Shown here: positions 1 to 6,755 of the stretch, piece by piece | Numbering within the stretch: position 1 is the stretch's first letter | How the letters are laid out: every line of letters starts with the position of its first letter | The notes under the pieces: model-generated | What the model was told of the DNA's origin: nothing | The model's database searches: none | What the model saw: the letters and a program-made list of their open reading frames with translations, nothing else | Source of the DNA: an uncultured Methanosarcinales archaeon | Lineage (GTDB): Archaea > Nanobdellota > Nanobdellia > Woesearchaeales > CAZYIM01 | NCBI GenBank assembly: GCA_964647565.1 | Contig: CAZYIM010000049.1 | Span: forward strand, 1-13,130 | DNA: 13,130 nucleotides | Reading direction: 5' to 3' | Made by a program: the position numbers and the translations under genes

Positions 1-813
1 TTCTCATCCAATTGCCATAACACTGATATTTACGGAGCTAAAATATCAAAAACCGGATACGATGATAGTAAGCAAAATATTTTGTTCTTTGGTGATTCAT
101 TTACAGAAAGCAGGACCTGTTCTAATAATTCATTGCCTGCAAAACTAGAGAAAGAATTAGAGATCGACACATTGAATTTTGGTTTAAGCGGTTATAGCAT
201 GGACCAACTGTTGTTCAAACTAAATCATAGTTTAAAGAATTTCGATGAACCCATAATTCTTATTGGTTTAGTAGATGTCATGGTTGATAGGACTACTATG
301 TTCTTCCATATAACCAGCAGAGATTATTATTCTGTTACAGATGATGGGAAATTAGTACTGGTAACGGCAAATCTCGATAAAAAAGGTGTAAAATCCAGGA
401 AACCCAAGTACAATAGCTATTTGGTGGACAGGCTTTACTATTCCGAACCAGGATATATATTATTTCATTACCAGAGAAATAAAGATCGACAGAATATGAA
501 GCTTGTGACAGCAGGAATCTTAAAGGAATTTTCCAACCTAAGGACAACATCAGATCTCGAGATAATATTTGTTTTGTTTTACAGTGAGCCTAAAGTGTGG
601 GTTGATGATTGGAGACATGAATTTTTAAGGGAAGAACTAACCAAACTAAATTTTACCTATCTGGATACAAGAGATTACTTTAACGCATATATAGAAAAAA
701 ATAAAGGGGACTTCTCACAATTCTATATACCCTCTGACGGCCACTATAATGATCTGGCAAATACTATAGTTGCCAAGGGCTTGGCTAACGATATTTCGCA
801 AGCAATGGACTAA
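1..813 (+). CDS. SGNH/GDSL hydrolase-family protein (5' end outside window)
   Basis: The frame is open from base 1 (FSSNCHNTDIYGAKISKTGYDDSKQNILFFGDSFTE), so the TTG at 82 is not the true start. Block I FFGDSFT, block II NFGLSGYS and block V DGH (SDGHYNDLANTIVA) are present. Block III GxND is not canonical (IGLVD). Confidence 0.85.
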   Translation, partial: FSSNCHNTDIYGAKISKTGYDDSKQNILFFGDSFTESRTCSNNSLPAKLEKELEIDTLNFGLSGYSMDQLLFKLNHSLKNFDEPIILIGLVDVMVDRTTMFFHITSRDYYSVTDDGKLVLVTANLDKKGVKSRKPKYNSYLVDRLYYSEPGYILFHYQRNKDRQNMKLVTAGILKEFSNLRTTSDLEIIFVLFYSEPKVWVDDWRHEFLREELTKLNFTYLDTRDYFNAYIEKNKGDFSQFYIPSDGHYNDLANTIVAKGLANDISQAMD

Positions 814-821
814 TCATTTCT

Positions 822-835
822 GGAAAACTTTATAA
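822..835 (+). promoter_or_regulatory. Archaeal BRE-TATA promoter of the transglutaminase-like gene
   Basis: GGAAAAC-TTTATAA ends 23 nt before the ATG at 859, consistent with a leaderless or very short-leader transcript. Confidence 0.65.
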
Positions 836-858
836 TCTCACATTTTTTATAGTGATTT

Positions 859-1491
859 ATGGAAGAAGAATTAGATGATTTAGAGCCTAAGAAAAAGAGC
901 CCTTTGATCTATATTGGTGCAGTGCTGCTTATATTTATCATGGTGCTCATGATATTTCCTCTTTCAATTATTAAGCTCAATCCCCAGCCACAGAATATAC
1001 CAACTATTCTCGATGTTTTGCCGCCTGATTTTAATATTAATTTCACTAAGCATGATAATGATATATCTGCGCTTTATACGCCTTCAGATCCGATGATCAA
1101 GGCTGTTGCAGATAAGATAGCAACGAGAAGCTGCCCTAACCACAAATTGTGTCATGCAAAGGCCATGTTTTATTTTGTCAGGGATAATATCCATTATGTC
1201 CCTGACCCAGGAACAGAATACTATGAGAGCCCTTATGAGACTCTTTTTAGTGCGAGTGCTGACTGCGATGGTCATGCAATCCTCTTGGCAAACCTGCTTT
1301 CAGCAGTTGGAATACAGACCAGATTTGTTTTTATTCCCAGACATGTCTATGTTGAGGCTTTTATAGAAAGATCCCATAAGTTCTATGGTGGTGATGACTG
1401 GATCCCCTTGGATCCTACTTGCTCTAACTGTGAGTTCGGAGAACTGGCTTTGAGCAGTACAGATAAGAAAGAAAATATTGTCTATCCATGA
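859..1491 (+). CDS. Membrane-anchored transglutaminase-like cysteine protease domain protein
   Basis: N-terminal hydrophobic helix (LIYIGAVLLIFIMVLMIFPL) after KKK. Catalytic triad motifs ADCDGHAILL (Cys codon 1264-1266), RHVYVE (His 1342-1344) and WIPLDPT (Asp 1411-1413). FVRDNIHY and PYETL segments are typical of the fold. Confidence 0.88.
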   Translation: MEEELDDLEPKKKSPLIYIGAVLLIFIMVLMIFPLSIIKLNPQPQNIPTILDVLPPDFNINFTKHDNDISALYTPSDPMIKAVADKIATRSCPNHKLCHAKAMFYFVRDNIHYVPDPGTEYYESPYETLFSASADCDGHAILLANLLSAVGIQTRFVFIPRHVYVEAFIERSHKFYGGDDWIPLDPTCSNCEFGELALSSTDKKENIVYP

Positions 1492-2027
1492 GTTCTGCAA
1501 TTTGCGCACTTCTTTGCGCCGTCTACTTCAATAACCCTAAAAGAGTAATTGCCGCACATCTCGCAGACACCTTCTTCTGTAGTGGCTTCTATAATGGGCT
1601 TGGTCTGTTCCTCTCTTAACTCAAACTTTTCCAGAAGCAGTTCAAAAAGTTGAGGCTCGATTTTTAGAATGTCCTTGAGTGTGATTAATCCGATGATTTT
1701 CTTGCCTTCTTTGACAGGTAAGTGTCTTATATTCTCTTCTCTCATGAAAATAAGAGCATCGTAGAGATCCACATGTGGGTTAATGGTCATCAGTTCAGTT
1801 TCCATAATCTTTTTAACAGGTTCATCAAAGCTCATGGATTTGGCAATGCCTCTTCTAACCATATCTTGTTCGGTTAAAATAGCAATTACCTTGTTCTTGT
1901 CCTTGATTAGCAGACTGCCTACATGGTATTTTTTCATGAGAACAGCACAATCTTTCATTGAATCAGTTTCCTTGGCTGTGACCGGTCTGTTGGTCATAGC
2001 ATCCAAAACCCTTACACCAGTTTTCAT
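1482..2027 (-). CDS. CBS-pair protein with C-terminal Zn-ribbon-like CxxC-x15-CxxC
   Basis: Two CBS repeats (MKKYHVGSLLI...AILTEQDMV; MREENIRHLPV...IGLITLKDIL). C-terminal CEMC (1554-1565) and CANC (1497-1508). Overlaps the convergent upstream gene by 10 nt. Confidence 0.9.
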   Translation of the reverse strand: MKTGVRVLDAMTNRPVTAKETDSMKDCAVLMKKYHVGSLLIKDKNKVIAILTEQDMVRRGIAKSMSFDEPVKKIMETELMTINPHVDLYDALIFMREENIRHLPVKEGKKIIGLITLKDILKIEPQLFELLLEKFELREEQTKPIIEATTEEGVCEMCGNYSFRVIEVDGAKKCANCRTHG

Positions 2028-2029
2028 CT

Positions 2030-2054
2030 TATTTCCCCAAGTCTTAGGGAAATA
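2030..2054. promoter_or_regulatory. 25-bp near-perfect palindrome directly upstream of the CBS start codon (operator or 5' hairpin)
   Basis: TATTTCCC-C-AAG-T-CTT-A-GGGAAATA: 11 of 12 arm positions pair. It lies between the ATG (2027) and a TTTTTAAA TATA-like box (minus strand, 2061-2068). Confidence 0.6.
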
Positions 2055-2145
2055 TTTCTGTTTAAAAATTTATTGGTATTTTCAATACATAGGCATATAG
2101 AGGATATATTCAAACTGATTAAATAAGAAAAAAGTATGATATTTT

Positions 2146-2754
2146 TTAGTGTATATTTTTAAGCTCGAGGATGTCATCAATCAGATAATCCGGCTCAGAT
2201 AATTTTAACTTGCTTTTATCCTGGAAACCCCAGGAGATTCCCACTGTTCTAACACCCGCAGTTTTCCCATATTCAACATCTCCTGACGTGTCACCTACAT
2301 AAAATGTTGATTCAGGATTTAAGCTGTATCTTACCAATAAAGATGTGATTGAAAAATTTTTCTTGTGGACCTCTCCATTTACCTCTGTAAAATAGCTAGC
2401 CAGATTGGATGTATCTAATTCTTGTTTTAATTTTGATTTGGGATCTGAACTTACAACAAAGAGTTTATTATTTTTATGAAGATATCTTATAACATCTTCA
2501 ACATTTTCATAAAGCTCTGGATCCTTGACCTGATGGATAAACTTTGAATACATCTCGAATTCATCTTCATGTGAAAGATCAGGGAAATATTGATTCCAGA
2601 ATTTCATATAGGGCAGAGTAAAATTCAGTCTCAGTTCTTTTTTAGAGATTGGTTCTTTGCCCAGCTCATTAAACATCAGATTGACTACCGCGTAGAAGGA
2701 TTCGAAGTTGTTGCTAAGAGTCCCTGACCAATCGAAAATGAACGCCCCACCCAT
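2146..2754 (-). CDS. HAD-superfamily hydrolase (phosphoglycolate phosphatase-like, C1 cap)
   Basis: Motif I FDWSGTL (2719-2733 covers DWSGT), motif II VVSS, motif III K, motif IV YVGDTSGDV, then ISWGF and PDYLID. ATG 2754 is preferred over TTG 2808 because motif I follows immediately and a TATA box lies 24 nt upstream. Confidence 0.9.
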   Translation of the reverse strand: MGGAFIFDWSGTLSNNFESFYAVVNLMFNELGKEPISKKELRLNFTLPYMKFWNQYFPDLSHEDEFEMYSKFIHQVKDPELYENVEDVIRYLHKNNKLFVVSSDPKSKLKQELDTSNLASYFTEVNGEVHKKNFSITSLLVRYSLNPESTFYVGDTSGDVEYGKTAGVRTVGISWGFQDKSKLKLSEPDYLIDDILELKNIH

Positions 2755-2778
2755 AGAATAGTGGGGAAAGAGAGTTAG

Positions 2779-2795
2779 TATATAAAAATGATGAA
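2779..2795 (-). promoter_or_regulatory. TATA box for the HAD gene
   Basis: The minus strand reads TTTTTATATA (2788-2779), 24 nt from ATG 2754, which is leaderless-type spacing. Confidence 0.6.
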
Positions 2796-2922
2796 TTTTG
2801 TTTTGCAATAAATTCCTCAGAAAGTTGGCTTTTTTCTTAATAATAGTTTTAAATGAAAAAGTATTTATTTGTTAGTAGTGACAAAATGTCAACAATACTA
2901 AAAACAAAAGAAGGTGATTGAT

Positions 2923-3216
2923 ATGAACCAAAACAAAAATAAAAAACCAGGGAGCGTGGATGAACTAATCCAGGGTACAAGAACCGCATACCAACTTCTG
3001 ATGCGCGGTGATTATAAAACTGCCCTGGCGCTTGCAGAAACATTACCTGACCAGGCAAAGAAAGCTGTCTATGCAGGAATAGCCGTAGAGATGTCTAATG
3101 CACTTGGTGGAAAAGGTAAAGGTGAGCAAACCCGCTACCCGACAAAAGGTGCAAAGGGTTTGATGAACCAGTTAATATCCTATGCCAAGAAACAGACAGA
3201 CTATTTTGAAAACTAA
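2923..3216 (+). CDS. Hypothetical protein, 97 aa, predicted helical and basic
   Basis: GGTGA ribosome-binding site at 2913-2917 ahead of ATG 2923. Fills an otherwise empty gap and is followed by a T-rich tract. No family recognised. Confidence 0.7.
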   Translation: MNQNKNKKPGSVDELIQGTRTAYQLLMRGDYKTALALAETLPDQAKKAVYAGIAVEMSNALGGKGKGEQTRYPTKGAKGLMNQLISYAKKQTDYFEN

Positions 3217-3278
3217 TTTTTTATTTTTTTAAAATATGATAATAAAAATAGAAATAAAATAAAAAGAAGTAAAAAAAA
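3217..3278. terminator. Bidirectional oligo-T terminator region between convergent genes
   Basis: TTTTTTATTTTTTT directly follows the + strand stop at 3216. An A8 run at 3271-3278 plus further A-runs (T-runs on the minus strand) directly follow the - strand stop at 3279. Confidence 0.55.
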
Positions 3279-5096
3279 TTAATAATTCATCAGTATCTCA
3301 ACATCCTTTCCAAAGACCATCTTCAGATCCTCAAAGATAGGCTCTTTGATGAATACTTTAGCAGGTATCTCGATCTTTATCAAGGCTTTCTCGAGCTCTT
3401 CTAAGCTGCTTTTAGTTATATTCTTCAATGAACCAGTCTCAGTTATTTCTGCCTTGGATACATCTTGATCCTCGTTGTCGATATCATGGATGATGAATGC
3501 CTGCTTGCCTAGAAGGATGACTTCTCCGAACTTCTTGCCGTGCTTGACTCTTATCTTGGTCTTCTCAAGCTCCCTTCCTCTTTTCCTTTGGATATATTCA
3601 ACCAAGAACTTGATAAGCTCGCGTCCTTTCTTGCCTGCGCTCTGGATATCTGACTTAGTCAGCTTTTTAGCATCATAATCCTTCTTAGCCTTCATGATAT
3701 CCTTAAGTATCCTCAAGTACTTCTCAGGGATCAGTCCTTTTGTAACCATCTCAGCTTCAAATATCTGGAGCATTTCAGAATCCTTGACCTTTTCAACACC
3801 TTCAAGCCGTAGGATGTCCCTTACAACTGTAACCACATTCTCATATGTCCTTAATACAGTCTCTTTTTCTTTTTGTGCATCAATCTCTTCAAAGAGCTTC
3901 TTCAGGCGTTTTAAGAACTTCTCAGCATCCTTGAGCATCTTGTCAAGTTCTAAGCCTGTCACCTCTTTCTTGGATCCATGCTCAACGTCTTTTCTGATCT
4001 GGATATTTGCTTTTAGTATGTCAACATATTCCTGTTCAAGGATCTTTTCTTTCTTTACAAAGATCTCTTCTAACACTTCAGGGGTTTCCTTTGGTGTTGG
4101 AGGCGGTGCTCCGTAAAGCATTAATGCAGCCTGGCTTGGAGTCAGGATAGCATAGAAAAGATCTTCCATAACAGCATCCTTAATCTTGAACTTGACACGC
4201 TCTATCATCTGGTCTCCGGTATGCATGAACATGTCGATAGCTTCTGGGCTTGGTTTGACCCTTCCCATCTGCAGCAACTGTTTCCACGGCATGAATATTC
4301 CCCTGTCATAGAAAGGCACACCGTCCCTCAGGAATGTGAAGATAATAGGGTTGGCTTCCTTGATATTGTCCCAGAAGTCAGTCAGTATATAGACCTGGAT
4401 GTTGATCTTGTTCTCGATGCCAGTCATCTTACCTGCATCAATTCCCATGCCGATTATAATGGCTCTGAGCTTATCTTTTAGTTCTGCCCTGGTCATCTTC
4501 TTGACATCAGTATCATCAATCACAATGAATACATCGATGTCTGACTGAGGAGTAGCCCTGCCCTGCACCAATGATCCTGCAAGGACATAAGAGACAATGT
4601 ATTTCTCGAACTTCTTCAAGACCATGTTCTTATGGATCTCTGAGATCTTTATTGCTGCCAAAAGGCCTGTATCAAAGACAGGTGCGCTCATGGCGATCAT
4701 CTGCAGGATATCGTACTTGGCATCATAGCATGATTGCCAAAGTTCTGTTAGAAGCAGGGTTTCAATATTAAGGTTCTTGTCAACCTCTGTTCCCATTTTG
4801 GTGATTATTGTGGATAGTTTTTCCTTAAGTTCTTCCTTGGTCATCTTTTGGCTGTCACTGTCATCCACCAGAACAAGTACATTGATCTTCTCTTTTTTCT
4901 TGTCTTCCTTGTCAGGAGGAAGCAGGGAGATTCCCTTGATATAATTCTCAAACTTCTCCAATACCTTTTCTGAGAATTTGTCTAATTTCTTCTTAATTTC
5001 TTCCAGCTTCTGCTTGGTTTCTTCTGGAATATCTGCGGGTAATTCTTGGCCCTGTGGAACTTCCTTTTTGGGCGCTTCTTTTTTCTTTTCAGTCAT
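3279..5096 (-). CDS. Fused nucleotidyltransferase (Pol-beta/MNT x2) and HEPN-like (x2) protein, 605 aa
   Basis: GGAGG ribosome-binding site at 5102-5106 supports ATG 5096 (MTEKKKEAP). GS-x10-DID motif (AGSLVQGRATPQSDIDVFIVIDD, 4533-4577), with a degenerate upstream copy. Helical HEPN-like domain with RKDVEH (3978-3995) and a second degenerate copy. Confidence 0.85.
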   Translation of the reverse strand: MTEKKKEAPKKEVPQGQELPADIPEETKQKLEEIKKKLDKFSEKVLEKFENYIKGISLLPPDKEDKKKEKINVLVLVDDSDSQKMTKEELKEKLSTIITKMGTEVDKNLNIETLLLTELWQSCYDAKYDILQMIAMSAPVFDTGLLAAIKISEIHKNMVLKKFEKYIVSYVLAGSLVQGRATPQSDIDVFIVIDDTDVKKMTRAELKDKLRAIIIGMGIDAGKMTGIENKINIQVYILTDFWDNIKEANPIIFTFLRDGVPFYDRGIFMPWKQLLQMGRVKPSPEAIDMFMHTGDQMIERVKFKIKDAVMEDLFYAILTPSQAALMLYGAPPPTPKETPEVLEEIFVKKEKILEQEYVDILKANIQIRKDVEHGSKKEVTGLELDKMLKDAEKFLKRLKKLFEEIDAQKEKETVLRTYENVVTVVRDILRLEGVEKVKDSEMLQIFEAEMVTKGLIPEKYLRILKDIMKAKKDYDAKKLTKSDIQSAGKKGRELIKFLVEYIQRKRGRELEKTKIRVKHGKKFGEVILLGKQAFIIHDIDNEDQDVSKAEITETGSLKNITKSSLEELEKALIKIEIPAKVFIKEPIFEDLKMVFGKDVEILMNY

Positions 5097-5160
5097 TTTA
5101 GCCTCCGTACTTAATTTGTTAATTGTATTTATAACTATTACTGCTAATTGTTGAGAATTC

Positions 5161-5176
5161 ATTTATAAAGATTGTT
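5161..5176 (-). promoter_or_regulatory. Putative TATA box for the nucleotidyltransferase-HEPN gene
   Basis: The minus strand reads AACAAT-CTTTATAAAT (5176-5161), implying a leader of about 40 nt containing GGAGG. An alternative TTATAAAT lies near 5127-5134. Confidence 0.5.
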
Positions 5177-5218
5177 GTAAATTAGAAGCACAAAGTGGGT
5201 AGTTTATTGCGAAGGGTT

Positions 5219-6607
5219 CTATAGGTTATTTAAGTCATAAAACTGGTGTTTTACTGTCAAGCCGCTTGTTGTTAAAATTGAAAAGCGATTCATATGTGCA
5301 TTAAAGACAGATGCATTAAGATACATGTTTTTTACCCTCTTTCCAGGTTCAATTAGATTTACATCCCTATCGTGGCATTTGCTGACAGATTCCTCGAAGT
5401 GGCCATTGAAAAACTTCTCTGTTTTTTCATCTCCCCAGATCTTATCCCTGACTTTGGCAAATCCTTCATGACCTCTGTTTTCTTTTTTTATGGGTGTTTT
5501 TTTCCCATTTGAGCCTGCTAAATCCCATAGTTGATTTAGATAGGTAATTGCAGGATTCATTCCTGGAACAATGGATTGTTGAGCAATTCCATCTTCATCA
5601 TGCTCCATTTCTCCAAAACAAGCATAATCCACAGCATTCCTGTTATTTTCAAACCTTAAAGGAACATGTGAGAAAACCAATGTTCGATTTGGCCTTGCAA
5701 CTAGCTTTTCAAGATCATCAACAGCAGAAAGATATCCTTTGCCAGGTAGATATTTTGATTCTAATTTGTTTCCCCTCACTTCGTATTTCCCATTTTTCAG
5801 CCTTACAATGAAGTTATTTTCAAATACTTCTTTGAGAACTTCTTCACCAGAGTCCAGGATCTTTATATTTTCTGGCTTGACATCTCCTATTTCATAATTT
5901 TTAGCTTGTTTAAGAACATCTTTTGCATCAATTTTTCCGTTCTTTAATTGATCTCCGAAACTCTTTTTTTTAACTTCTTCAATATCTGCCTGATCCGGAC
6001 TGGTAATTATTGAGCTTCCTTTATTATCAATTAAATCGTGTTTGTCAAGATAAGTCAGACCATATTGCCCATAACCTGCTGAGGAATCAGAACCTGGTAT
6101 GAACACAATGTCGAATTTCTCATATTCCAGTTTTCTTACATGAACTCCATTAATGACATTATCAAATTCAGAAACTAATTGAGCCATGCTGCTTTCATAA
6201 TTTTGTATGCTCTCATGGCTTCCTGTTATGACTGCTGTTGTTATTCCTGTTTCTGCAAACTTCTTTATGTTGTGGTAGATCTCTTTTCCTGAGTTTCCTG
6301 ATTCGCCAGCAATAACAATAATATCTACTTTTTCTTTTTGAAGAAATCTTGTTACTCTGTCTAGATTTGCGGAATTGCCTTCCATGTCTGAAAAAATAGC
6401 GATTTTATAATCCCTTTTAGAAGATTTTGTTTCAGTTATTTGAGGTTTATCTGGTACAGATTCTGTTTCCTTTTTTTCTTTTTTCTCTTCTATGGGTTCT
6501 TCAACTTTTGCTTCAATCGTAGGTGATGTGGTAAATGTAGTTCCATCTGGTCTGTAAAGTGTTAAAGGCGCGGGTTTATCTTCTTGTAATGGTTTATCTT
6601 CAGCCAT
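5219..6607 (-). CDS. Calcineurin-like metallophosphoesterase-fold protein with non-canonical motifs
   Basis: Five motifs in the correct order and beta-strand context: IAIFSDMEGN, IIVIAGE, VITGSHE, LVFSHVP, FFNGHFEE. Low-complexity N-terminal ~65 aa and a ~100 aa insertion between motifs III and IV. Confidence 0.8.
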   Translation of the reverse strand: MAEDKPLQEDKPAPLTLYRPDGTTFTTSPTIEAKVEEPIEEKKEKKETESVPDKPQITETKSSKRDYKIAIFSDMEGNSANLDRVTRFLQKEKVDIIVIAGESGNSGKEIYHNIKKFAETGITTAVITGSHESIQNYESSMAQLVSEFDNVINGVHVRKLEYEKFDIVFIPGSDSSAGYGQYGLTYLDKHDLIDNKGSSIITSPDQADIEEVKKKSFGDQLKNGKIDAKDVLKQAKNYEIGDVKPENIKILDSGEEVLKEVFENNFIVRLKNGKYEVRGNKLESKYLPGKGYLSAVDDLEKLVARPNRTLVFSHVPLRFENNRNAVDYACFGEMEHDEDGIAQQSIVPGMNPAITYLNQLWDLAGSNGKKTPIKKENRGHEGFAKVRDKIWGDEKTEKFFNGHFEESVSKCHDRDVNLIEPGKRVKNMYLNASVFNAHMNRFSILTTSGLTVKHQFYDLNNL

Positions 6608-6630
6608 ATTGTTATTTTATTGATTTCTTT

Positions 6631-6693
6631 CTATTTAAATCTTTCGGTTTTTAGTCACTTGTAAGTGGTAAAATGAGGAAAATTTATAAATAG
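6631..6693. promoter_or_regulatory. Back-to-back BRE-TATA promoters with a central dyad
   Basis: Minus strand CCGAAAG-ATTTAAATAG (6647-6631) ends 23 nt from ATG 6607. Plus strand GGAAAAT-TTATAAATAG (6677-6693). CACTT-GT-AAGTG (6656-6667) sits at the midpoint. Confidence 0.7.
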
Positions 6694-6755
6694 CAACATT
6701 TAAATATTATTAAGTTTAGTATTTATTTACTAAAGAGTGTAAAGTTATATTGAAA

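Noticed and set aside
2860..2870. 11-mer AGTATTTATTT shared with 6718-6728
   Set aside because: Low-complexity AT-rich word in different positions relative to the putative promoters, so chance is plausible.
335..3058. Short alternative-frame or antisense ORFs (335-550, 1084-1275, 1154-1366, 1300-1509, 1783-2100, 2849-3058)
   Set aside because: They overlap better-supported genes and have no independent evidence.
3590..4180. CRISPR-associated HEPN effector (Cas13/Csm6-like) or CBASS cyclase interpretation
   Set aside because: No repeats, cas genes, CARF/SAVED domains or CD-NTase C-terminal lobe are visible. The NTase repeats are minimal MNT-sized.
3475..4771. Plus-strand ORFs antisense to the MNT-HEPN gene (3475-3678, 3694-4116, 4221-4481, 4571-4771)
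   Set aside because: They lie wholly inside a motif-bearing gene on the opposite strand. The S/F/L-rich ones are mirror translations of K/E-rich codons, and none has recognisable motifs.
5097..5162. Longer N-termini from the ORF track (5162, also 2808, 2914, 6750, 7443, 10333)
   Set aside because: Internal ATGs have better support. ATG 5162 overlaps the TATA box, whereas GGAGG precedes 5096.
5097..5218. tRNA or structured ncRNA in intergenic gaps
   Set aside because: All gaps are short and AT-rich, with no cloverleaf, T-loop motif or GC-rich stems.
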